From Candidatus Aenigmatarchaeota archaeon (GTDB taxonomy: Archaea; Aenigmatarchaeota; Aenigmatarchaeia; QMZP01; QMZT01), in contig JAPLVC010000007.1 in assembly GCA_026397315.1 (NCBI GenBank), forward strand, positions 102,378-166,377: a DNA stretch of 64,000 bases, read 5' to 3'. A program made the position numbers and the translations under genes. Within the stretch, counting starts at the first letter, position 1. Every line of letters begins with the position of its first letter. The notes beneath the pieces are model-generated. The model had not been told where the DNA came from. It did not search any database and saw only the letters and a program-made list of their open reading frames with translations. Of this stretch, positions 49,121 to 57,460 are shown one piece after another.

Positions 49121-49851
49121 GAAAAAATCCTAATCTTATAGTTCCGCACAGAAGGCAGCGGGAAGGCAGGACCGATTACCACCAGCGCCTCAGGCTTCTC
49201 AAGTCGAGGGAGCCGAGACTCGTCGTTAGGAAGTCGCTGAACTGCTTCTACTGCCAGATTGTCAGGTACGAAGAAAAAGGCGACAAAGTCGTCGCTTCGG
49301 CCGTTTCTAGCGAACTGAAGGATTTCGGCTGGAAATTCCACGGAGGCAACACACCTGCAGCTTATCTTACGGGCCTGCTTTGCGCGGAGCGCGCGAAGAA
49401 GCACAAGGTCTCGAAGGCGATACTGGACATAGGCTTATACAAAATAACCCCGGGCAACACGCTCTTCTCCGCCCTCAAAGGCGCGGTGGACGGCGGGCTC
49501 GATGTACCCCACAACGAGGAGATACTCCCGTCCGAAGACAGGATTTCCGGCAAGCACATCGCTGAATACGCGGAAGCCGTGAAGTCCGATGCCGCCAAAT
49601 ACAAGAAACTTTTCTCTGCTTACATCAAGGACAAGGCAGACCCCGCGGAGATGCCAGCCGTCTTCGAAGCGACGAAGAAGACGATAATGGATAGCAAGGG
49701 TGAACGCAAGAAAAGCGCTCACAAGGCTGAACATAAAGAAGCTCATACGGAAACGAAAGAACACGAGCACGCAGAAGCGCACCACGAGCACAAAACTGCG
49801 GAGCACCACAAAACAGAACATAAGCACACGGAACACCACAAGAAGGAATAA
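49117..49851 (+). CDS. rpl18: 50S ribosomal protein L18 with His-rich C-terminal tail
   Basis: RRQREGRTDY..RLRLL, NTPAAYLTGL and KGAVDGGLDVPH motifs. Confidence 0.95.
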   Translation: MRKNPNLIVPHRRQREGRTDYHQRLRLLKSREPRLVVRKSLNCFYCQIVRYEEKGDKVVASAVSSELKDFGWKFHGGNTPAAYLTGLLCAERAKKHKVSKAILDIGLYKITPGNTLFSALKGAVDGGLDVPHNEEILPSEDRISGKHIAEYAEAVKSDAAKYKKLFSAYIKDKADPAEMPAVFEATKKTIMDSKGERKKSAHKAEHKEAHTETKEHEHAEAHHEHKTAEHHKTEHKHTEHHKKE

Positions 49852-49907
49852 ATTTTCTTTTTCTGACGCATGTTAAACTTAATTAAAGCTGCGACAATAT
49901 TGATTAT

Positions 49908-50369
49908 ATGAAAGCGGCCGTTTTGCTGTTCGCGCTTCTATGGTCTTTCTGGGTAGTTATCAACGGCTACGCTTTCGAGGAGCTCGTAACGGGATTCATA
50001 GTCTCGCTGGTAATAGCGGTCGTTTTCGCTGGGTTTTTCATACAGAAAGCCGGCAAGAATTACGCGAAACGCTTTGTTTACATGCTCGCCTACATTCCCT
50101 ATTACATCTGGCAGGAAGTCCTCTGCGTCAGCGACGTCACGAAGCGGATAATAACCGGCAGGATTAACCCTGCGATAGTCGAAGTGCCACACCCGCACAA
50201 GAGCGAGTGGGGCATAACCATGCTTTCCAACTCGATAACTATGACGCCTGGAACGCTCGCCCTCGAGGCGAGACCGGGCAAAGTATATGTCCACTGGCTC
50301 AACGCCAGCGGCGACAAGAAGCAGATTGCTGGCGTATTTGACAGGCTGCTGACAAAGATATGGGATTGA
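49908..50369 (+). CDS. mnhE: Mrp/Mnh antiporter subunit E
   Basis: INPAIV, NSITMTPGT and YVHW motifs. Confidence 0.88.
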   Translation: MKAAVLLFALLWSFWVVINGYAFEELVTGFIVSLVIAVVFAGFFIQKAGKNYAKRFVYMLAYIPYYIWQEVLCVSDVTKRIITGRINPAIVEVPHPHKSEWGITMLSNSITMTPGTLALEARPGKVYVHWLNASGDKKQIAGVFDRLLTKIWD

Positions 50370-50370
50370 T

Positions 50371-50646
50371 ATGCTCGAATATGTTTTGACATTGCTGGGA
50401 ATTGCGATATTCGTATGCGCAGCCAGGGTAATCAAAGGGCCGACGGCGCCCGACCGCGTGCTGGCGGCCGACACGATAAACTCGGTAATAATAGCCGTAA
50501 TAGTGGTTTTTGCGGTGTATTTCAACAACCAGATGTTCGCTGATGTCGCGATAGTCTATGCCATGATATCGTTCCTGTCGACAATCGCGATTTCCAAATA
50601 CCTCATGGAGAAACGAGATGAAAACGCGATAAAGGTGAAGAAATGA
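50371..50646 (+). CDS. mnhF: Mrp/Mnh antiporter subunit F
   Basis: RVIKGPTAPDRVLAAD and DVAIVYA..SF motifs. Confidence 0.9.
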   Translation: MLEYVLTLLGIAIFVCAARVIKGPTAPDRVLAADTINSVIIAVIVVFAVYFNNQMFADVAIVYAMISFLSTIAISKYLMEKRDENAIKVKK

Positions 50647-50951
50647 TAACCTTGGGAATAGTCATCATGCTGCTTGGAGGCGTGTTTGCCATAATCGGAG
50701 CTATCGGCCTAATCCGCTTCCCGGATGTGTATGCGCGCTCGCACGCACAAACTGTCGTGACCGTGGGCGGGACGTGCCTTGTTCTGATAGGCGTCATGAT
50801 AGACTACTACCAGACACTGCTGCTGGTGAAATGCGTGTTCCTGATAATCTTCATCTTCTTAACATCACCTGCGGGCACGCACGCCATAACCAAGGCGGCC
50901 TATTTGTCCGGCGTAAAGCCGAAAGTAAAGAAAGACGAGTGGAAAGGCTGA
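50643..50951 (+). CDS. mnhG: Mrp/Mnh antiporter subunit G
   Basis: IGLIRFPDVYARSHA and LTSPAGTHAI motifs. Confidence 0.9.
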   Translation: MITLGIVIMLLGGVFAIIGAIGLIRFPDVYARSHAQTVVTVGGTCLVLIGVMIDYYQTLLLVKCVFLIIFIFLTSPAGTHAITKAAYLSGVKPKVKKDEWKG

Positions 50952-50979
50952 TTTTTAAAACTAACTTCCAAGTAAAATA

Positions 50980-51360
50980 ATGGCAGATGAAGAAGTACCG
51001 CAGCTGGATTATAACAGAGATTTGGTTATACCTGTCTGCGAGGAAACGCTCAGGCAGGCGGCCACGCCGCAAGGCGCAAGCTTCCTTTTTCCTCTGAATG
51101 ACCATCCTGAAAACATCAGAGAAGCGCTTATGGCGATAGGCGACCTTGGACTGGCAGAGGCTGAGGTCATGGGCTACAGCCCGCACGGAAGCTCGCCCCA
51201 CGACATATACGTGAGGTTCCTGACAACCGAAGATTACAGTGCACTCCAAGCAAACGGGCAGTTGGAAAAAGTTCTTCGCATTTATCTGAATCACAAGCTT
51301 TTCGACATCGGCAGGTTCGTATTGACAGACGACCTAATAGGGTCAAAACACGTTATGTGA
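50980..51360 (+). CDS. Hypothetical protein
   Basis: ORFan with its own TTTTAAAA box at 50953-50960. Confidence 0.55.
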   Translation: MADEEVPQLDYNRDLVIPVCEETLRQAATPQGASFLFPLNDHPENIREALMAIGDLGLAEAEVMGYSPHGSSPHDIYVRFLTTEDYSALQANGQLEKVLRIYLNHKLFDIGRFVLTDDLIGSKHVM

Positions 51361-51403
51361 AAACTTTAATAGTATCTGAATTCTTTAAAATTGTATTGAT
51401 ATT

Positions 51404-52627
51404 ATGTTAGGCTTTCTGAAGAAGAAGCTTTCGGAATCGGTGGAGAAGCTCAGCGACAAGATCAGGGGCAAGGAAGAGCTTCCTGTGCCGCCTGTTTTAG
51501 AGAAAAAGATAGAGAAGCCGGCTGAAAAACCGAAAGCCCTTGAAAATGCTCATGAAAAAAAAGATGAGAAGAAAGAGGTAAAGAAGGAAGAAAATAAGCC
51601 TGAATTAAAGCATGAAAAAGCGAAAGAACCGAAGCCGGAGGTCCGCATTGAAAAGTATGAAAAACCTGCGGAGAGGCCGGCCGAAAAAATTGTAGAGAAA
51701 GCTGTTGAGAAGCCCGCGGAGAAAGTCGCTGAAAAGCCTGTTGAGAAAAAGGCCAGCTTCATGGACAGGCTTACGGGCAGGGTTCTTGAAAGGAAGATTT
51801 CTGAGGATGACATCAACTCGCTTTTCGACGAGATGGAGCTGGGCCTCATGGAAGCCAACATGGCCATCGAGACCATCGATTTCATCAAGGCCGAGATGAA
51901 AAAGCTGCTCGTCGGGAAGCAGCTGAAGCGCGGCGACATAGAAAAGGACATACGCTCGTCGCTAGAGAAAATCATGCTTGAGATTTTCGATCAGGGCAAG
52001 ATTGATCTCGAAGGCCTGGCAAAATCGAAGAAGCCCGTGTGCATCGTGTTTCTCGGCTTCAACGGAGCCGGCAAGACTACATCGATAGCAAAGCTTGCCC
52101 AATACCTCAAGAACAGGCATCTCGACGTCGTGCTCGCCGCTGGCGATACGTGGCGTTCCGCCGCTATAGAACAGCTTGAGGTGCATGGCAACCGCCTGGG
52201 TATTAAAGTGATAAAGCACAAGTATGGCGCGGACTCAGCAGCCGTAATTTACGACGCGGTAGAGCATGCGAAAGCGAAGGGCACGCATTTCGTGCTTGCC
52301 GATACCGCTGGCCGCTCGCACGCCAATCAGAACCTGATGGACGAGCTAAAGAAGGTTGTCAGGGTGAACAAACCGGACCTGAAAATCCTCGTCATGGATT
52401 CGCTGGCGGGAAACGACCTGGTCGAGCAGGCCAGGAGCTTCGACGCGGCCGTCGGGGTCGACGCGATGATATTCACCAAGGTCGACGTGAACGAGAAAGG
52501 CGGCGGCATGGTTTCCGCCTGTCAGGCGGTCAAGAAGCCTATTTTGTACATCGGAACCGGCCAAGAATACAAAGACATCGAGCTTTTCGACGCGCAGAAA
52601 TTCGTAAAAGATTTGATGGAAGGCTGA
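51404..52627 (+). CDS. ftsY: SRP receptor FtsY
   Basis: GFNGAGKTT, DTWRSAAIEQL, DTAGR, TKVD and GTGQ motifs; charged EKPAEK-repeat linker. Confidence 0.96.
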   Translation: MLGFLKKKLSESVEKLSDKIRGKEELPVPPVLEKKIEKPAEKPKALENAHEKKDEKKEVKKEENKPELKHEKAKEPKPEVRIEKYEKPAERPAEKIVEKAVEKPAEKVAEKPVEKKASFMDRLTGRVLERKISEDDINSLFDEMELGLMEANMAIETIDFIKAEMKKLLVGKQLKRGDIEKDIRSSLEKIMLEIFDQGKIDLEGLAKSKKPVCIVFLGFNGAGKTTSIAKLAQYLKNRHLDVVLAAGDTWRSAAIEQLEVHGNRLGIKVIKHKYGADSAAVIYDAVEHAKAKGTHFVLADTAGRSHANQNLMDELKKVVRVNKPDLKILVMDSLAGNDLVEQARSFDAAVGVDAMIFTKVDVNEKGGGMVSACQAVKKPILYIGTGQEYKDIELFDAQKFVKDLMEG

Positions 52628-52631
52628 TGAT

Positions 52632-53021
52632 ATGAAAAACTGCATATTCTGCAATCCTAAATTTTCCAGTAAAAGAATTGCAGAGAATGGTTATTTTTTT
52701 GCGTTATTTGACAACCATCCCGTAAGCAGGGGCCACGCTCTCATCATTTCCAGAAGGCATATTGATTCGTTCTTCGGGCTTACGAAGGAAGAGATGCCTT
52801 ACCTTTTCGATCTACTGAAAAAGGCGAAAAAGGAGATTGACGAAAAATTTCATCCGGACGGTTACAACGTGGGAATAAACGTGGGAAAAGCGGCCGGTCA
52901 GACCGTTTTTCATCTGCACGTACATATAATTCCGCGGTACAAAGGCGACGTCACGGACCCGACAGGCGGGGTTAGGAACGTCATCCCTGGAAAAGGCAAC
53001 TACTTGAAGAAAAAAACCTAA
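52632..53021 (+). CDS. HIT family hydrolase
   Basis: CIFC and AGQTVFHLHVHIIPR motifs. Confidence 0.95.
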   Translation: MKNCIFCNPKFSSKRIAENGYFFALFDNHPVSRGHALIISRRHIDSFFGLTKEEMPYLFDLLKKAKKEIDEKFHPDGYNVGINVGKAAGQTVFHLHVHIIPRYKGDVTDPTGGVRNVIPGKGNYLKKKT

Positions 53022-53036
53022 CAGCGGATATATTGT

Positions 53037-55874
53037 TCATCTCTTCCAGAACTTCTTGGTTTTTGCGAACTGCTTTTCAGCCTGCAGAATTTCATTGAGC
53101 AACTCATTGCCTTTACGACCTTTTCTCAGAATTCTGGCCGCCGTCTGCGCACCTATGCCACGTCCCGCTAGCGCTAGCGTCGCGTCCCTGCCGTGCGCGA
53201 CTATGAGCGACGCGGAGTCGTGAATCATGTTGTAATGCTTTTCTTCATCGTTCGCTAGCGACGAGCCCTTGAGCTGTTTCTTTATGATTTTCTGCCCTTC
53301 ATGGACGTATCTGTGCGGCACGTAGCCCACGAGAATCGCGCCGCATTTTTTGCAGCGTATTTTTTCCGGTATGTTCTCAACGGAGGATGTGGAAACCATC
53401 TCGCCGCAGTTCACGCAGACCAGCCCGATTTTCGTGTCGAGCAGACGCCTTTCGAAAGCCTTTAATATTTCACCGTCCGGCCTGTCTGGAGCGACTATTT
53501 CATAACGCTTCTCCAGGCCCGTCTGGCCAAGCTCCGACAAACCGGCCCTGAAAGTGATTTTTATTTTGCCCGACCTTATGTCGTTCAGCGCTTTTTTCGC
53601 GCCCTCGACGTCGAGCTTCTCCTGGAAAATCTCATTCAGTGCTTCGAGATACGGCGGCTGCTTGAAATAGACGTCGATTATCTTCTGCACGTAGGCCTTC
53701 CCGAAATCCGCGTTCCTGCCTATCATGCCGAAGCGCTGCGCGACCTGCACGAACCTCCACTCGAACAGTTCGCTCCTGGGCAGCGTTATCTCCAGAATGC
53801 CGCGCATCTCTTCCGGTTTCATCTCCCTGAAAGTATCTAGAACCTGCTGGTACTGGTAGCCTGGCAGCTTGACTATGATTCTGTAAGGGTCAGTTTCTAG
53901 TCCTACGGAGCCGAGCTTGTTGGTAAGCAGGACTGTGAGCACGCGTCCGAGCGTCTCGTTTATCAGCGATCCGAACGGTGCATGGAACACGACGAAATCG
54001 TCATAATACTCAACTAGCATGTTCTCGTGGTCCGGCACAAAGCCATATTTCATCTGCTTTTCCATTGTTTTGAGCATCTTTGAGGCGACGTCACCATTGA
54101 CGGGATAGTCTGCGGTTATTCTGGAAATGATTTTATCTTTGCTTTTCCCCTTCGCTAACATGTCAGCTATCTTCTTCCGAAGCATGTTCACTTCCTGCGA
54201 AACTGCGTAAGGCACTGGTATCAATTCGCCCTCCCACGCAGGTATCGCGGCGGCGGCGTTCTCCTCGGGTTCTACGAGAATCGAGTTCTCGCCCACGTCT
54301 ATGATTCTCCACGCCTGGCCCTTGACGACGAACGACGTGCCGTATCGCCCGTGCAGCGCGACGAACTCCTCGTCGAGTGTGCCTACGGGCTTGTTGGTGA
54401 CGATATCTATTACCTTGTATTTCTTAACGTCTGGAATCGTGGACATGTTCTGGTAGTAGTAGAGCCATGCGGGCTTTCGCCTTCTCAGCGGGACGTATTC
54501 ATCGAACTTCGAGCCGACCCAGATGTAGCCGAGCTTCTCCATAAGCTTCGCGGTCTCGAAAAACTCCTCTTTCGCCAGGTCACGGAAAGGGTAGGCGCGC
54601 TTTATGATGGAGTAAGCCTTGTCGAACGGAATGTTATATTCCTCCAGCGACAGGCCGACTATCTGGTGGCCGAGGACGTCGAGCGATTTACCATAGACGA
54701 ATGTCGGCTCTATCTTTCTTTCCATGCCGAGTTTCGCTATCGCGCTCGCTTCGAAGCAGTCGTCTGCGTCCGTCGATATGACAATGCCTTTCGAGATTTC
54801 CGAAACCTTATGTCCCGAGCGCCCGACGCGCTGGAGCAGCTTCGACACCTGTCTCGGTGACATGTATTGCAGAACCAGGCTTATCGCGCCTATGTCTATC
54901 CCCAGCTCCAGGCTCGACGTGCAGACCAGCGACTTGAGCTTCTCCTGCTTGAATCGCTCCTCAGCGTCGATGCGCACGTCTTTCGCTAGCGATGAATGAT
55001 GCGTCTCTATCGGAAGCGACGGGTTCATCATGCGCAGGCGCGATGATAAAACTTCAGAGAACTCGCGCGTGTTGGTGAAAGTGAGCACTGACCTGTTCTT
55101 CTCTATCAGTTCCGCTATTCGTCGCAGCCGGGCGGTCGTCTCCGGACCTACGAGGACTTTTTCAGAAATCTCGTCATCCCTCTTATCGTGTCTCGGCGAT
55201 TCCACGCGTATCTCGACGTTTCGCTTCTCGGACATGTTCACTATGTCGCATGGCTTGCCGGCGGTAAGGAAAGCAGCGACGCTTTCCGGCGTGCCGACTG
55301 TCGCGGAAAGCCCGACTATCTGGATCTTCTCTTTATCATTGACAATCTCTTTAAGACGTTCGAGAGCGACGGAGAGCTGAACGCCACGCTTGTTATCCAC
55401 CAGTTCGTGTATCTCGTCTATGACAATCCAGCGCACGTTCTTCATGTGTTCGCGCATGCGACTCCCCACGAGCATCGCCTGCAACGTCTCGGGCGTCGTG
55501 ATGAACATGTCGCTGGGGTTGGCAGCCTGCATGCTACGCTCGTATTGGCTCGTGTCGCCGTGGCGCACGCTGACCTCGAAGTCCAGCTGCTCCGCCCACC
55601 ACTCTATGCGTCTGAGCAGGTCGCGGTTGAGCGACTTGAGCGGCGTGACGTAAAGTATGGAAATCGGCTTCTGCTTTCCCTTGTTCCTGACAAACTCGTC
55701 GAACACTGGCAGAAGCGCGCTCTCGGTCTTACCAACTCCTGTCGGCGCTATAAGCAAAGTGTTCCTTCCCTTGATTATCGGAGGTATGCCCTGCGTCTGT
55801 ATGGCGGTCGGCCTGTCGAAACCTCTTGTCTTTATCAGCGCCTGCAGTTTGTCCGAAAAAAGCTTCCACACCAT
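53037..55874 (-). CDS. lhr: Lhr-like SF2 helicase
   Basis: APTGVGKT, DEIH, SAT, TSSLELGIDIG and QRVGRSGH motifs; C-terminal Zn finger. Confidence 0.93.
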   Translation of the reverse strand: MVWKLFSDKLQALIKTRGFDRPTAIQTQGIPPIIKGRNTLLIAPTGVGKTESALLPVFDEFVRNKGKQKPISILYVTPLKSLNRDLLRRIEWWAEQLDFEVSVRHGDTSQYERSMQAANPSDMFITTPETLQAMLVGSRMREHMKNVRWIVIDEIHELVDNKRGVQLSVALERLKEIVNDKEKIQIVGLSATVGTPESVAAFLTAGKPCDIVNMSEKRNVEIRVESPRHDKRDDEISEKVLVGPETTARLRRIAELIEKNRSVLTFTNTREFSEVLSSRLRMMNPSLPIETHHSSLAKDVRIDAEERFKQEKLKSLVCTSSLELGIDIGAISLVLQYMSPRQVSKLLQRVGRSGHKVSEISKGIVISTDADDCFEASAIAKLGMERKIEPTFVYGKSLDVLGHQIVGLSLEEYNIPFDKAYSIIKRAYPFRDLAKEEFFETAKLMEKLGYIWVGSKFDEYVPLRRRKPAWLYYYQNMSTIPDVKKYKVIDIVTNKPVGTLDEEFVALHGRYGTSFVVKGQAWRIIDVGENSILVEPEENAAAAIPAWEGELIPVPYAVSQEVNMLRKKIADMLAKGKSKDKIISRITADYPVNGDVASKMLKTMEKQMKYGFVPDHENMLVEYYDDFVVFHAPFGSLINETLGRVLTVLLTNKLGSVGLETDPYRIIVKLPGYQYQQVLDTFREMKPEEMRGILEITLPRSELFEWRFVQVAQRFGMIGRNADFGKAYVQKIIDVYFKQPPYLEALNEIFQEKLDVEGAKKALNDIRSGKIKITFRAGLSELGQTGLEKRYEIVAPDRPDGEILKAFERRLLDTKIGLVCVNCGEMVSTSSVENIPEKIRCKKCGAILVGYVPHRYVHEGQKIIKKQLKGSSLANDEEKHYNMIHDSASLIVAHGRDATLALAGRGIGAQTAARILRKGRKGNELLNEILQAEKQFAKTKKFWKR

Positions 55875-55928
55875 AAGACCACACGCCTCGCGAGCGAGGT
55901 TATAATAAGGCCGCGCTATTTAAATGTT

Positions 55929-56480
55929 TCATTTCTTTTCCTTCAGTCCAAGCATGTCCGACTTGGTTATTATGCCGCATATCTTGCCCTTGCAGGCGAC
56001 GAGGACAGCCGCGTGCATCTCGAGAAGCGGGAGGATGATGTCCACCCTGTCTCTAGCGTCGACCAGCGGGAACGTCTCTTCTATGATGTCCTTCGCCTGC
56101 AGCCGCTCGAGATGCCTGTCCATGTTGTGCAAAAGCGTTTCCTCGCTTATGCCGCCAATCTGCCTTCCCTTGTCAATGACAGGCAGCTGGGAGAAGCCGG
56201 ACGTTTTCATTATAGCTATAATTTTCTTAACCGGGGTGTCCGGCCTCACGAAAATCACGCGGCTCATTATGTCCGCGCACGTCTTTGACTTTCTTTCCCT
56301 GTCGGAAAGGACGAGCAGTATCTTGTTGACCGTCGATAGCCGCGGGTCGACCTTGCCGCCCTCTATCTTCGCCACGTGCGCCTGCGAGACGTCGGCGAAC
56401 TTCGCTACCTCCGTCTGCGATAAGCCGCGCTCCATGCGCAGTTTTTTGAGATATTCACCTGTTAGCATCTGAAGCTCCAT
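55929..56480 (-). CDS. XRE-HTH plus CBS-pair transcriptional regulator
   Basis: LSQTEVAKFADVSQAHVAKIEGGKVDPRLST followed by two CBS domains (FSQLPVID; GIITKSD). Confidence 0.92.
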   Translation of the reverse strand: MELQMLTGEYLKKLRMERGLSQTEVAKFADVSQAHVAKIEGGKVDPRLSTVNKILLVLSDRERKSKTCADIMSRVIFVRPDTPVKKIIAIMKTSGFSQLPVIDKGRQIGGISEETLLHNMDRHLERLQAKDIIEETFPLVDARDRVDIILPLLEMHAAVLVACKGKICGIITKSDMLGLKEKK

Positions 56481-56567
56481 TATTACCACCAGTTATAATT
56501 TTGAGCGATAAGATATAAAAATCAATATAAATAGAGTTGGTAATTATTCTATTCCATATGTGATAAT

Positions 56568-57458
56568 ATGAAATCTGTCGAAATCTCATCCGGTGCAGAA
56601 TTTTTGGCTGAATGGATAGAAGGACATCCTGCATATTTAAGTGATAAAAGCGTAAATGATATCATGGGGGCTACAATTCATCCAAAAAACAAGAAACGTA
56701 TGCTGCCGTTCATAAAATCGAATTTTGGAAAACTATCTGAGAGGGAAATTGCCAGGAGACTGGAAATAGGAAAAACGACCGTCAACAAATGGCGGATAGG
56801 GCTTGGATTAGAAATTAAAAAAAATACGGTGAATGAAAATTTCTTTAAATTATGGAACCCGGAAATGGCATATATTATCGGATACATTTTCGCGGATGGT
56901 AATATTAACTGGAAACCTGAGAAGTCATACAGAGCACTGACCATAACAGCAGCGGCTAAGGATGCGGAACATCTGGAAAGGATAAGATTGAATCTGAACA
57001 GCACCAGAAAGCTCACATATTCTGCGGATACAAACTCGTACCGGTTAATTGTGAACAGTAAAGAAATTTGCACGGATTTGATGAAAATTGGTCTGTGCCC
57101 AAAAAAATCATTAACGATAAAATTTCCAAATGTTCCGGAAAAGTTTCTAAGCCACTTTATCAGAGGGGTTATAGACGGGGATGGAAACGTAAGATATGTA
57201 AAAAGGGAACGAAGTCCCTACTTTGAAATAACCATATCTTCAGGTTCCAAAGCTTTTTTAATAGAAATGGCGAAGAAAATTGCATCGAAAGGGATTGGGG
57301 GCAACGTAAGAAAAACGGGAAAAAACGTGTACATATTGCAATACGCCTGCACGAGGGGCCTAACTCTGGCAAAATGGGTTTATGATAATGATAGCCTTTG
57401 TCTAAATAGAAAATATCAGCAATATAAAATAGCATTAGGCGAAAAAGGGAGGTGGTGA
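56568..57458 (+). mobile_element. Free-standing double-motif LAGLIDADG homing endonuclease with N-terminal HTH
   Basis: AYIIGYIFADG and HFIRGVIDGDG motifs, HTH LSEREIARRLEIGKTTV, and C-terminal LNRKY. AT-rich. Real start may be 56664. Confidence 0.88.
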
Positions 57459-57460
57459 GC

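Noticed and set aside
51500-51750. EKPAEK-type repeats in FtsY
   Set aside because: Charged low-complexity N-terminal linkers are normal for FtsY.
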